64,000 bases of DNA from Macrostomum lignano (Eukaryota). The position numbers and the translations under genes are program-made. Of the stretch, positions 1 to 12,530 are shown piece after piece (the first letter of the stretch is position 1; each line of letters opens with the position of its first letter). The notes below the pieces were generated by a model that was not told the DNA's origin, ran no database searches, and saw only the letters and a list, made by a program, of their open reading frames with translations. Location of the stretch: assembly GCA_002269645.1 (NCBI GenBank), contig NIVC01000478.1, forward strand, positions 19,032-83,031, written 5' to 3'.

Positions 1-517
1 CTCCTCAGTTGCTGGGCCAGCCCCCCAGACCCTCAGTTGCTGGGCCAGCCTCACAGCTCCTCAGTTGCTGGGCCAGCCCCCCAGACCCTCAGTTGCTGGG
101 CCAGCCCCCCAGACCCTCAGTTGCTGGGCCAGCCTCCCAGACCCTCAGTTGCTGGGCCAGCCCCCCAGACCCTCAGTTGCTGGGCCAGCCCCTCAGTTGC
201 TGGGCCAGCCTCCCAGACTCTCAGTTACTGGGCCAGCCCCTCAGTTGCTGGGCCAGCCTCCCAGACCCTCAGTTGCTGGGCCAGCCTCCCAGATCCTCAG
301 TTGCTGGGTCAGCCTCCCAGACTCTCAGTTACTGGGCCAGCCCCTTAGTTACTGGGCCAGCCCCTCAGTTACTGGGCCAGCCCCTCAGTTGCTGGGCCAG
401 CCTCCCAGACCCTCAGTTGCTGCGCCAGCCTCCCAGACCCTCAGTTGCTGGGCCAGCCTCCCAGACCCTCAGTTGCTGGGCCAGCCTCCCAGATCCTCAG
501 TTACTGGGCCAGCCTCC
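1..517. repeat. Minisatellite, ~28-bp unit CTCAGTTGCTGGGCCAGCCTCCCAGACC with 20-bp short variants; runs off the window start
   Basis: Direct tandem repetition. ORFs 9..527, 37..348 and 65..520 are translations of the repeat. Confidence 0.95.
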
Positions 518-1289
518 TAAATTCTAAAATCTGTAGCAATAAAACACTAGAAAAAACAAAACAAGACAATAAATAAATTCAAAAAGGCAAACGAATCTGT
601 CTGTGTATATATGAGCACACATACGCATAGTTACTATAGCATCATAAGCAATATCTATCTGAATTTGTCTTGAATCTGCCGAAAAATATTGGTCTTTCCC
701 CCAAATATTATTCAAGACAGCAGGACAGTCGAGAGCATTTAACAATAAAGCATAAGGAAACAATTTAGATCCGCTACAGGTACAGACAGGTACTGTACGC
801 CTCGGCACACTCGCTCGCGAAAGGAGAATAATTTTCGTTAATTATTAACTACACTAAAACTTTATGCTATGCAACTTTTATAACTTGATAAAAAAACATA
901 AACAAAAAGACTTTGTCCCGACATTAAATCTGATGAGAGCAGAATATTTATAACATTATCATATATTGATTTAAGTGCGTCGCAGCTCGCTAGGCGTTTG
1001 GCATTTTATGGCACCAGAATGCACAATTGTAGCAAGTTAATAAGTAATATTACGCGACAGGTGTTGCAACGTGACATCTACACAATAAATAGTGTCATTT
1101 TCACCGCATCCAACCAGCCAACCAAAGGTTTCATTGCGGAGTCTGTAACACCGGTGCAATACAGAGCTTGACAACCTTGGACAATGCTCTTTTACATTGA
1201 AGTTTGTCAGCCGAACTTATATAACCTTCACCGTTTTTGGTTTTATATGTATGGTTTTAGACTCTATTTTACACTAAATAGAGTCAAAT

Positions 1290-1710
1290 GGAAAATGGGG
1301 AATCAATGCGCAGGTGAATCCCTTTTTTGGAAATCCCCATAAGGAATTCGTAGGAAGGAGATGTCTTAGAATAGGGCATTATCATTTAGGAGGCTCCGAA
1401 TTTTAGATTTCTATGTCAGGGAATCTAGTTATGGGAAATCCCTATTTAGGGGAATAGGGGAATCCCTAAATAGGAGAATCCAAACTGAGGAAAACCTACA
1501 AGTAGGTAAATCCACATGTAGGGGAATTCCTACTTGAGAAACCATATGTAGGGGAAATCCTTATATAGGGGAATCCGAATTCAAGGGAATCCCTATGTAG
1601 GGAAATCCATATATAGGGGAATCCGAATTCAAGGGAAACCCCATGCAGGGAAATCCTGATTGTAAAAATCTCTATATATGGGAATCCCTATTAGGGAAAT
1701 CTCTATATAG
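1290..1710. repeat. Degenerate GGG(A)AATCCC-type repeat region
   Basis: About a dozen GGGAATCCC/GGGAAATCCC variants with irregular spacing. Confidence 0.6.
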
Positions 1711-1940
1711 AGATAAACCGATTGAAGAAAAGATCCACTAGGAGTATTAATTGAATAATTATATAACAATACTAAATATTAACCAACAGTAAGCACACAA
1801 TGTTTTAAAATAGTTTCAGAGCACAAGAAGAAAATATCACCTGTTTTCGAAGAATCCTCCCCCCCCCTTAAGAAAACAATATGACAGCGAGCTTCAGATG
1901 GCCTAATAAAATTAAGCAAAGCACAAAGAAGCAAACAGCT

Positions 1941-3683
1941 TCAAGACAAGAAGACCACAAAGAGCACAAAGAATACGATGAGCACGCCGAATACTTTTAG
2001 CATTAGGCGCCGATTAGAAGAGACCGTTTTAAAGAATTTCAGTAATTCAGCGTGAGCGCCTTCGACATTGATTGTTGTCTGGTCGACGCTGGCATCGATG
2101 CGCTGCACCATCTCGTCTTGCTCTCTCACAATGGTGGCTAATTGTTGAAATATTTGGCCAAGATCTACCATTGTCTGTTCAATGTTGCGCATTGTGTCCG
2201 CTCGACTGTTGAGGTAGTCTTCGTTCTGATCAAGTAGTGCCTGCTGTTGTCTGATTAAGGGTTTTCGAAGCTGCTTTATTAGTTGATTTGTTAACTGTTT
2301 ACTTCTATAGATAAGTTTATATTTACACGGGGGAGAGGGGCTCATAAGGACGGGCGCGTGTGTACATTAGATGGGGTGAGAGGTGGTTAGAAAGGACGGG
2401 AGCGTGTGTACATTGGATGGGGGAAGGGGGCTGATAAGACAGTGTACATTGGATAGGGTGAGAGGGGGTAAGAAAAGACGGGAGCGTGTGTGTACATTGG
2501 ATGGGGTGAGTGAGAGGGGGGTACAAAAGATAGACCGTGTGTACATTAGATGGGGTGAGAGCGGGTTAGAAAAGACGGGAGCGTGTCTATATTGGATGGG
2601 GTGAGAGGTGGTTAGAAAGGACGGGAGCGTGTGTACATTGGATGGGAGAAGGGAGCTGATAAGACAGTGTACATTGGATGGGGGAAGGGGGCTGATAAGA
2701 CAGTGTACCGTACATTGGATAGGGTGAGGGGGGGTTAGAAAAGACGGGAGCGTGTGCACATTGGGTAGAGTGGGAGGAGGCGGGCAGAGACGGGAGAGAG
2801 CATATACTCGAAGAATAAATAGACTGAGCTAGAAAACTTGCTGTCACCTTCGCCAGTTGGCCTCAGCCCCCGACATGTCAATGGCCACATCTGAACTGGT
2901 CCTGTGCAGTTCATCGTCCTGAGCTAACAGCGAAGGCTTGGCAAGCAGGTCAACTGTACTAGACGTGGCCGAGAATTGCTCGCGTCGAGCGGCATTCTGT
3001 TTTAAAGTTTCTGTCCGAGTTTCCAATACATTTCTGAATCTATCCGACATGTTAGCCAGCTGGGTTTGCAAGGCTAGTACAACTGAATTGCTGTGCGTGC
3101 GAGACTGCTGCTGCTGCTGCTGTTGGAATTGGCTTTGACCGTTTCTGGAGACTTCCTGGAGGCCGAAAGCAATTAAGCTGTTTTGATTTTTTAATATTTA
3201 CTTCTAACCCTTTAAATTGCGGAGACTCTCTGACCCACAGAAGTTTAAAAAGTCTGTAAGAGTAAACTACGTTTTTACAGATTACTCAAATATTATCATT
3301 GGTTGTCCAATTTCTGTTGCGTCCTGTCACGAAAGATGGGACAAAGTATTAATGAAACTAAGAATAAAACAAAGACAATCTTGAAAAGTGAAAATCTAGA
3401 CACGGAACAGACACTGCCCTAGTTTTACTGTTAGCCCCTAACATAATTGTCCGCTGCCGAATGTCTTAGACAAATTAGCCAGATACACACAGGAAGCCAG
3501 ACAGTCACTTAGGACAACAGACAGATGCTGTAAACACAAAAAAGTTGATACAAACCATAACAAAAATAGACAGAGACAAACAGATTACACAAAAAGACAG
3601 ACAGACTATGTTCGTCTGTTTTCATATCAATTTGTTCTAGTCTCTGTCTTTGTATTTCAATGCGAGCTGTCTGTCTGTTTGTG

Positions 3684-3732
<49 letters not shown>

Positions 3733-3921
3733 GTCTTAGTGTGTCTGTCTGTCTGTCTGTCTTAGTGTGTCTGTCTTGTATCTGTCTTAGTGTCTGTCTG
3801 TCTGTCTGTCTGTCTGTCTTAGTGTCTGTCTGTCTGGCTGTCTGTCTGTCTTAGTGTCTGTCTATCTGTCTTTCTGTCTTAGTGTACGAGCTATCTGTCT
3901 TAGTGTCTGTCTGTCTGTCCA

Positions 3922-3956
<35 letters not shown>

Positions 3957-4347
3957 GCCTGTCTGACACCAAGGCGCAGCCAGACTACACAATAAAGAAG
4001 AGCCGCAGCCGCACCTGCAGGGAGCCAATCGCCTGATTGAGCGCATTAAGATCCTGCCGCACAATATAGGTGAGCTCCTGAATCTCCGGTACCCTATCAT
4101 CAAACAGACTCTGCCGTTTTGCCAATAGCGCCAGCTTCTCAACCTTGGCACAGGTGCTTTTCAAATCGGCGCCAACCCGCCTGGCCAGCTGGTTGAACTG
4201 GCTGCGCTGGTGCAGCCGAGCCTTCGCTTGCGAATGCTGTTCCGACGCCGACGCCGCTGCGCCCGATGCGGCACCGTTGCTAAGGCGACCGCGCATCAAC
4301 TGCACCACAGATTGGAATTCGTTGGTGCGATCTCTGCTAGCGGTCAT
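1941..4347 (-). CDS. STX5: Syntaxin-5, 3 coding exons: 4347-4015, 3155-2848, 2250-1941 (316 aa)
   Basis: N-terminal RDRTNEF motif; Habc (KLALLAKRQSLFDDRVPEIQELTYIVRQD); SNARE helix (SRADTMRNIEQTMVDLGQIFQQLA); C-terminal TM (LMLKVFGVLIVFFVLFVVFLS). GT-AG junctions in phases 0 and 2 give a continuous frame. Confidence 0.96.
2320..2780. repeat. Composite minisatellite (GTGTACATTGGATGGGG core) in STX5 intron 2
   Basis: Direct repeats with two alternating sub-units. Confidence 0.9.
3660..3963. repeat. (TCTG)n microsatellite with TCTTAGTG interruptions in STX5 intron 1
   Basis: Seen directly. Confidence 0.95.
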
Positions 4348-4579
4348 GTTCAAGATAATAGCTGCTGATCAAGTGTAGCCTCTGAGTGAGTTGGATTACT
4401 GACTGAGTGGGGCACTGCCGACTGGATTCTTTTGAGCAAGCATGCATTGTCAAATTCAAGGCACCTGCAGTAGCACATGATGAAACAGTAATAGAAAAAT
4501 AAGAGAATATACAAAAATCAATTAGTCTAATAATGACAATGGCGGAAATCTACGTAATAGCACTTATAATATAATTTAT

Positions 4580-5130
4580 ACTAAGAGGCGAGTTGCAAAA
4601 GAAATAAGAGAGAAAAATGCGAGAAAATGATCCTGTTAAAAAGAGAGAGGGGAGACAGAGAAGGTGAGTGGAGAGAAAAGGGTGAGAGTAGAGTAGAGAG
4701 TGAGAGAAGAGAAGATCGTGAGAGCCGAAAAGAGGGTGAGAATAGAGGATGAGAGGAAAGGGTGAGAGTAGAGTAGAGGGTAAGAGAAGAGAAAAACGTG
4801 AGAGAAGAGACTCGGAGAGTGAGAGTCGAAAAGAGGGTGAGAATAGAGGATGAGAAGAGAAAGTGAGACTAGAGTAGAGAGTGAGAGAAGAGAGTGAGAG
4901 ACGAGAAGAGGGTGAGAATAGAGGATGAGAGAAGATGGTGAAACTGTGAGAAAATGGTGAGAGTAGAGAATGTGAGAAGAGAGTAGGAGCTGAGAGGAGA
5001 GGGTGAGAGTACAAGGTGAGAGTAGAGTAGAAAGGGAGGGAGGAGAGGATGAGAGTAGAGGAGAGTGGAAAGGGTGAGAGGAGAGGAGGGGAAGGAAAAA
5101 CGATCAGAGAAGAGGGTGAGGGAAAAGAGA
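4580..5130. repeat. Degenerate GA-rich (GAGAGTAGA/GGGTGAGA) repeat
   Basis: Purine-rich repeated motifs. ORFs 4550..5179 and 4869..5135 are low-complexity artefacts. Confidence 0.85.
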
Positions 5131-6028
5131 GACAAAGACTAAGCAAAGTATTGCAAACTATTAATAACCATAATAACAATAAATTTCTAAATCTAATTGC
5201 AAAATTTACTCACACAAAACATTTGTAGGCATTAATTAAAAAACTACCTGGTATAATTTTCTCAATCAAAGTAGCGCGCAGAGACGCAATTGGATTTAAA
5301 TTGATCAAACCTTCGCCCTAACTAACTACGTTGAGCGCCAATAATATGCAATAAATATCCGAAAAGGTCAAAGCCACAAATTACAGCTCAAAATAATGAT
5401 TGAAATGAAACGTAAATTTTGTTTTTATAAAACATAATTTCAAAACAAAAATCACGCTGAGTCAGGGAAAGCATTGCATTTTTCATTTGTTACTGTTGCT
5501 GACAAAAATAGCTAGTGACAATTAATATAACGACAAAATGCGCACCGATTTAAAATCACTACTGGTATAGCCATTATACTAGGAACATGGTTGCCACATT
5601 ATTAATTATTAATAATTATCGACACAAAAAAGGGAAAACAATTCAAGCCAGAGAATAAAATTACAGCTCGTAGATTTGCGGCCATCACCCGCTCTAAGAG
5701 ATCGTTGATGAATCATCATAAACTCAGGAATTTTGAACTCACTGTATAAAACTGAGAGAATTTATCAATTAAAAATAGCAGGCAGCAACCGCCACTGTCT
5801 TGACAATTCGAACTCTCATTTCAAAATAGTTTTTTTTAATTACAAAAGCATAAGCAGTGACCAGTCTCAGACTGGTCTCAGAGACCAGTGCAACCAAAAT
5901 GCAGAAATTATAAATATAGCTCAAGTAAGCTGACCAGCTGATATAATTATTTTCTTTTATATTTATCCTATAAAAATATTTTAATAAATGACACTATAAA
6001 CTTATTTATACTAAGCTAAAGAAATCTT

Positions 6029-6495
6029 TGAATATTGTGTGGCCGTGGATTCTGGGAATATTGTGTGGCCGTGGGATTCTGGGAATATTGTGTGGCCGTG
6101 GGATTCTGGGAATATTGTGTAGCCGTGGGATTCTGGGAATATTGTGTGGCCGTGGGATTCTGGGAATATTGTGTGGCTATGGGATTCTGGGAATATTGTG
6201 TGGCCGTGGGATTCTGGGAATATTGTGTGGCCGTGGGATTCTGGGAATATTGTGTGGCCGTGGGATTCTGGGAATATTGTGTGGCTATGGGATTCTGGGA
6301 ATATTGTGTGGCCGTGGGATTCTGGGAATATTGTGTGGCCGTGGGATTCTGGGAATATTGTGTGGCCGTGGGATTCTGGGAATATTGTGTGGCCGTGGGA
6401 TTCTGGGAATATTGTGTGGCCGTGGGATTCTGGGAATATTGTGTAGCCGTGGGATTCTGGGAATATTGTGTAGCCGTGGGATTCTGGGAATATTA
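6029..6495. repeat. 27-bp minisatellite TGGGAATATTGTGTGGCCGTGGGATTC, ~17 copies
   Basis: Near-perfect tandem copies; 9-aa periodic ORFs. Confidence 0.97.
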
Positions 6496-7127
6496 GATAG
6501 CATTGGAATTTGAATACCTTGTAATAGTGACAATTTCGGCCGCTTTTTACTATAACCTACTTGCTAATTCATTCATCATTTCGTACTACTAAGAGTAAAG
6601 CATTCGGCCCTTTAAAAAAAATTAATTCCACAAGCTTTTAATCAGATGAACTACTACCGAAATAAAACATAAATTATTAGATTACAAATTGGCATAAAAA
6701 TATTATTTCTTAAATAGAAATTATTATTCCTTAGATGAAAACATTTTGAAGTGGAAAATTGCGGCGTAACATAAACACACACAACAGCTTGCATATATCA
6801 GATTAAGCAAGGCAGCAAGACAAGACTGTGGTAGTGAAAGCAGTTTAGCATTATGGTAGATTTAATTTAATGTACAATTATTTTTAAAAGCCATGCTTTA
6901 AACTTCATTTGAACTTCTATAGATTTTTATCTTGAAATAAATATACCAATTCACAAATAATGCCGATATGCTACTGCCAGTAGCTAATGTAATGATTTTG
7001 TTACTGTGCGCAAATATTGACTACTTGCTCGCTAGTAATAATTTGACCAGGAAAATGTTTTAAATGAACTGTTTGAAGCTCAATTATTTCACTAGGATTT
7101 TTAGCCAGGTCGAGTCAAATCAGCTTA

Positions 7128-8949
7128 TCAATCAGTCCCGAAATACTTGGCGCAGAAGTGATACGGCACCAGATCGTGCAGCTCGGACGTGAGCACTGTC
7201 ACATTGGGAAAGGCGGACAAGACGGCATCAACGCCGAGTTTAGTTGAGAATAAATTCAACAAGAAGATGCTAGACTCGGGTATTGCATAGTCTTGCACTA
7301 ATAATTGCAAAGCTTTGGCAGCCACGCGACCGTCGCCAAGGACTGGGTACATGAGCAGCACTCGGCGCTGTTGAATGCCTGGAGGCAGCTTTACGTACAC
7401 GGGCTCCGGCTGGGCGGACGAGTCAGCGTGTTCATTGTCCAGCTGGATCAGCATCTTGATGGAGGAGTGTTGAACAATGGGGTTTATACAGATACATAAG
7501 CAAGGCCGTCAAAAAGTTGACCAAAAGTCACTTTAAAGTACTTTATTGTCTGCGAATCTGAACCGACTCTGGGACGACGCAAGTGACTCTGGGACCGTAG
7601 AGTCTTATTTGAGGCGTGCTGGAGTCACTATAGAGTCACTGAGATGTGTTCAAAGCGCTTGACACAAAGATTATATCTATGCATCTATATATATCTATGC
7701 AGACATGATTAGCACCCTATACACCTGTAACATTAAGATTATCTATGCGAATGAGACATGATTAGCACCCTATACACCTGTAACATTAAGATTATCTATG
7801 CAAATGAGACAGGATTAGCACCCTATACACCTGTAACATTAAGATTATCTATGCGAATGAGACATGATTAGCACCCTATATACCTGTAAAATTAAGATTA
7901 TCTATGCGAATGAGACAGGATTAGCACCCTATACACCTGTAACACTAAGATTATCTATGCAAATGAGACAGGATTAGCACCCTATACACCTGTAACACTA
8001 AGATTATCTATGCAAATGAGACAGCTAGGATTAGCACCTTATACACCTGTAGCATTAAGATTATCTATGCAAATGAGACAGGATTAGCACCCAAAACACC
8101 TGTAGCACTAAGATTATCCATGCAAATGAGACAGGATTAGCACCCTATACATCTGTAACACTAAGATTATCCATGCAAATGAGACAGGATTAGCACCCTA
8201 TACACCTGTGACACTAAGATTATCCATGCAAATGAGACATGATTAGCACCCTACATACACCTGTGACACTAAGATTATCCATGCAAATGAGACAGGATTA
8301 GCACCCTATACACCTGTAACACTAAGATTATCTATGCAAATGAGACAGGATTAGCACCCTATACACCTGTAACACTAAGATTATCTATGCAAATGAGACT
8401 ACAAATGCTACAGCTCTCACAGCAACGCAAACTCAACAGCAATCTTACATACTAATAAGTATTTCCTACCTTTCCAATTCGAATGGCCCTACAGCAGTCT
8501 CGCAGACCCTTCTCCATCGCTTCGCCAGAACGCATAACGCTGACGCCGCAGTTGCCGCGAGTGTACCTGAGACCATCGTACTTATGACCTCCAGGTGTCA
8601 CTACGGACAATGGCTCGTATGGCAAGCAATTAAGCGCCTCTTCTACTACTAATCGGATTAACCTATCGGCGTAAAACACAAAATCCGATCTGCTGGTGTC
8701 TTTATCTCGGAGCAGGGTGTGCAATTCCTTCAGTTGGCTAGTGGCCCGGAGTACTCGAATATTGCCAACACTGCCAACTGGCTCAAGCGTGCTGCCGCTG
8801 CCATTGATGCTCAAAGCAGTGTCGGGTACATCCGTGGCCGAGTCTCCACTGCCACCATTAGACAGGATTTGCTCATGCTGCTGCCGCTGCTGTAACTTTT
8901 TAGCCTTGCCTATGCCGCCTAACTGAGTAGTGCTAACTATCTCAGACAT
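7128..8949 (-). CDS. UPRT: Uracil phosphoribosyltransferase homolog, 2 exons: 8949-8470, 7454-7128 (268 aa)
   Basis: Motifs FVFYADRLIRLVVEEALNCLP, GNCGVSVMRSGEAME, IRIGK|MLIQ, VLLMYPVL and C-terminal KYFGTD match animal UPRT. Donor AAG|GTAGGA, AAG acceptor, phase 0. Confidence 0.94.
7700..8400. repeat. 53-bp minisatellite (~13 copies) in the UPRT intron
   Basis: Unit AGACAGGATTAGCACCCTATACACCTGTAACACTAAGATTATCTATGCAAATG. Confidence 0.95.
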
Positions 8950-9929
8950 TGGGGTGATCAATAAGTTTTAATTATTGTCTGACAGTTGGCCAGTGCCTTT
9001 ATAACACTGGTAAGTGTAGAAATAGCTGAAATTTTGATGGCCACAAATTATAAGTGACATATCAACGATTAGTATAAAGGGTTCATACATTTTTCGAAGC
9101 AAAAGACATCATTAAGATTTTGTACCTTTTAAAAACAAATAGAAAGCTTTTGAAGGTTGAAACAAACTATAGATAAAAGTATAGTACTTGCATCATCAGA
9201 TAAAAACATTAGCAACCATATGATCTATTATATTTTTAATGTATTAGTACCTCAAAGTTACTGAATTGACAGAAAAAAATATGTTACGACCATAATGTTA
9301 CGACCATAAGGCTGCCTTTTCTTTTGTATCTTTGTTGCCTTTTGAGTTTATATATTCTAATAAAAGAGTATGATTTCTAAAGATGTTCTTAGTCAAATTT
9401 TAAAAATGTATTGCAAAATATCAAAAATGAAAAATGTTATAAGACTTTTACCTTTTCCCATATACTAAAAATGAAATGTCTGTAGCTATGCGATAGATTT
9501 CAGAAAAATTGGCTCAACCGATTTTCTTCAAACTTGCACCATTCGATAAGAAATTTTCCTGGGACGGTACATGCATCTTGGCTAAGAAATTGCTCAATGT
9601 TAAAGGGATTAAATATTCGAAAAACATGCTTTTTTGCAAAGGTCAAGCAGCTCTTTCGACCTGAAATGCATTGTAAGAATGCTAGAGAAAAAACTGACTG
9701 ACTGAATTCCGATTGTGATAAAGATTGCATCACAACAAGTTGAAAACAGTGCCGAAGAAATGCACACACGACTTGATTTAAATTGCGTAACCATATTGCT
9801 AACTTGAATTGAGACTGATACTGGCTGACTGAGAAATTGATTTTGTCATAACTTTTTACTCCAATTGACTTGCTGTAAGAATTGAATTATAAGGGCCACA
9901 ATTCATGTTCTCCAATTGAAAAGAGATAG

Positions 9930-10005
9930 CCCTGATGCGAACAGACTGGAATGCTAATGTAGCGACCTGGGTTCGAATCTTAGTAGTGCAAAAAGATTTT
10001 TTTAT
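9930..10005 (+). mobile_element. Possible tRNA-derived SINE head or tRNA pseudogene relic
   Basis: B-box-like GGTTCGAATC near 9970 followed by a T-run. No convincing cloverleaf or A-box. Confidence 0.25.
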
Positions 10006-10049
10006 CAAAACACCTTAAAAACACAACAAAACTGCTAAACATCAAAGAA

Positions 10050-11855
10050 GCGCAATGTCAAACATAGAAGAGCCAACATATCGAACATAAAAGAGTTACC
10101 ATATCAAACATAGAAGAGCCACCATGTCGAACATTAAAGAGCCACCATGTAGAATATTGAAGAGCCACCATGAAGAACATTAAAGAGCCACCATGTCAAA
10201 CATTTAGAAGGTTCCATGTCAAAGATTTAAGAGCCACCATGTCAAACATTTAAGAGCCACCCTGTCAAACATAAAAGAGCCACCATGTCGAACATAAAAG
10301 AGCCACCATGTCAAACATAAAAGAGCCGCCATGTCAAACATAAAAGAGCCACCATGTCAAACATTTAAGAGCCACCCTGTCAAACTTAAAAGAGCCACCA
10401 TGTCAAACATAAAAGAGCCACCATGTCAAACATAAAAGAGCCACCATGTCGAACATAAAAGAGCCACCATGTCAAACATAAAAGAGCCACCATTTCGAAC
10501 ATTAAAGAGCCACCATTTCGAACATTAAAGAGCCACCATTTTGAACATTTAAGAGCCACCATGTCAAACAATTAGAAGCCACCATGTCAAACATTAAAGA
10601 GCCACCATGTCGAACATTTAAGAGCCACCATTTCGAACATTAAAGAGCCACCATGTCGAACATTAAAGAGCCACCATGTCAAACATTTAAGAGCCACCAT
10701 GTCAAACTTTAAAGAGCCACTTTGTCGAACATTAAAGAGCCACCATGTCAAACATAAAAGAGCCACCATGTCGAACATAAAAGAGCCACCATGTCAAACA
10801 TAAAGAACCACCATGTCAAACATTTAGGAGCCACCATGTCAAACATATATGTGACTTTATGTCAAACATTAAAGAGTTACCATTTCAAACCTTAAAAAGC
10901 CACTATGTCGAACATTAAAGAGCCACCATGTCTAACATAAAAGAGCTATACCATTAAGAACATTAAAGAGCCACCATGTGGAACATTTAAGAGCCACCAT
11001 GTCGAACATTAAAGAGCCACTATGTCAAACATTTAAGAGCCACCATGTCAAACATATATGTGACTTTATGTCAAACATTAAAGAGCCACCATGTCGAACA
11101 TTAAAGAGCCACCATGTGAAACATTAAGGAGCCACCATTTCGAACATTAAAGAGCCACCATGTCGAACATTAAAGAGCCACCATGTCGAACATTAAAGAG
11201 CCACCATGTCAAAACATAAAAGTGCCATCATGTCAAACCAAAAAGACCCACCATGTCTAACAGAAAAGAGCCACCATGTCAAACATAAATCTGGCATGAT
11301 GTCAAACATTAAAGTGCCACCATATCGAACATTAAAGAGCCACCATGTCGAACATTAAAGGGCCACCATGTAGAACATAAAAGAGCCACCATATCGAACA
11401 TTAAAGAGCCAACATGTCAAACCTAAAAGAGCCACCATGTCGAACATTAAAGAGCCACCATGTCAAACATAAATCTGGCATGATGTCAAACATTAAAGTG
11501 CCACCATATCGAACATTAAAGAGCCACCATGTCTAACAGTAAAGAGCCACTATGTCAAAAATTAAAGGACCACCATGTCGAACATTAAAGAGCCACCATG
11601 TCAAAAATAGAAGAGCCACCATGTCAAACATAGAAGAGCCACCATGTCTGACATTAAAGAGCCACCATGTCGAACATTAAAGAACCACCATGTCGAACAT
11701 TAAAGAGCCACCATGTAAAACATTAAAGAGCCACATTGTTAAACATAGAAGAGCCACCATGTCTAACATTAAAGAACCACCATGTCAAACATTAAAGAGC
11801 CACCATGTCTAACATTAAAGAGCCACCATGTCAAACAATAAAAAGCCACCATGTC
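10050..11855. repeat. 23-bp minisatellite AAAGAGCCACCATGTC(G/A)AACAT(T/A), ~78 copies
   Basis: Direct tandem array with internal higher-order duplications. Confidence 0.97.
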
Positions 11856-12530
11856 GCCTGCTATCTGGGGGTGCTTGCTATCTGGGAGAGCCTGCTATCT
11901 GGGGGTGCTTGCTATCTGGTGGTGCTTGCTATCTGGAGGTGCCTGCTATCTGGGGGTGCCTGCTATCTGGGGGTGCTAGCTATCTGGTGGTGCTTGCTAT
12001 CTGGGGGTGCTTGCTATCTGGGGTGCTTGCTATCTGGGGGTGCTTGCTATCTGGGGTGCTTGCTATCTGGGGGTGCCTGCTATCTGGGGGTGCCTGCTAT
12101 CTGGGGTCGCTTGCTATCTGGGGTGCTTGCTATCTGGGGTGCTTGCTATCTGGGGGTGCTTGCTATCTGGGGTCGCTTGCTATCTGGGGGTGCTTGCTAT
12201 CTGGGGTGCTTGCTATCTGGGGTGCTTGCTATCTGGGGGATGCTTGCTATCTGGGGGGTGCCTGCTATCTGGGGGTGCTTGCTATCTGGGGGGATGCTTG
12301 CTATCTGGGGGGTGCTTGCTATCTGGGGGTGCTTGCTATCTGGGGTCGCTTGCTATCTGGGGGTGCTTGCTATCTGGGGGTGCTTGCTATCTGGGGTGCT
12401 TGCTATCTGGGGGTGCCTGCTATCTGGGGGGTGCTTGCTATCTGGGGGTGCTTGCTATCTGGGGGATGCTTGCTATCTGGGGGGTGCTTGCTATCTGGGG
12501 GTGCCTGCTATCTGGGGGTATGCTTGCTGT
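11856..12530. repeat. 16-18-bp G-rich minisatellite CTATCTGGGGGTGCTTG
   Basis: Tandem array directly abutting the 23-bp array. ORFs 11805..12839, 11828..12535 and 12007..12567 are repeat translations. Confidence 0.95.

Noticed and set aside
1290-1710. Cluster of NF-kB-like GGGAAATCCC sites
   Set aside because: Looks like a decayed minisatellite similar in style to 61870-62080; no independent regulatory evidence.
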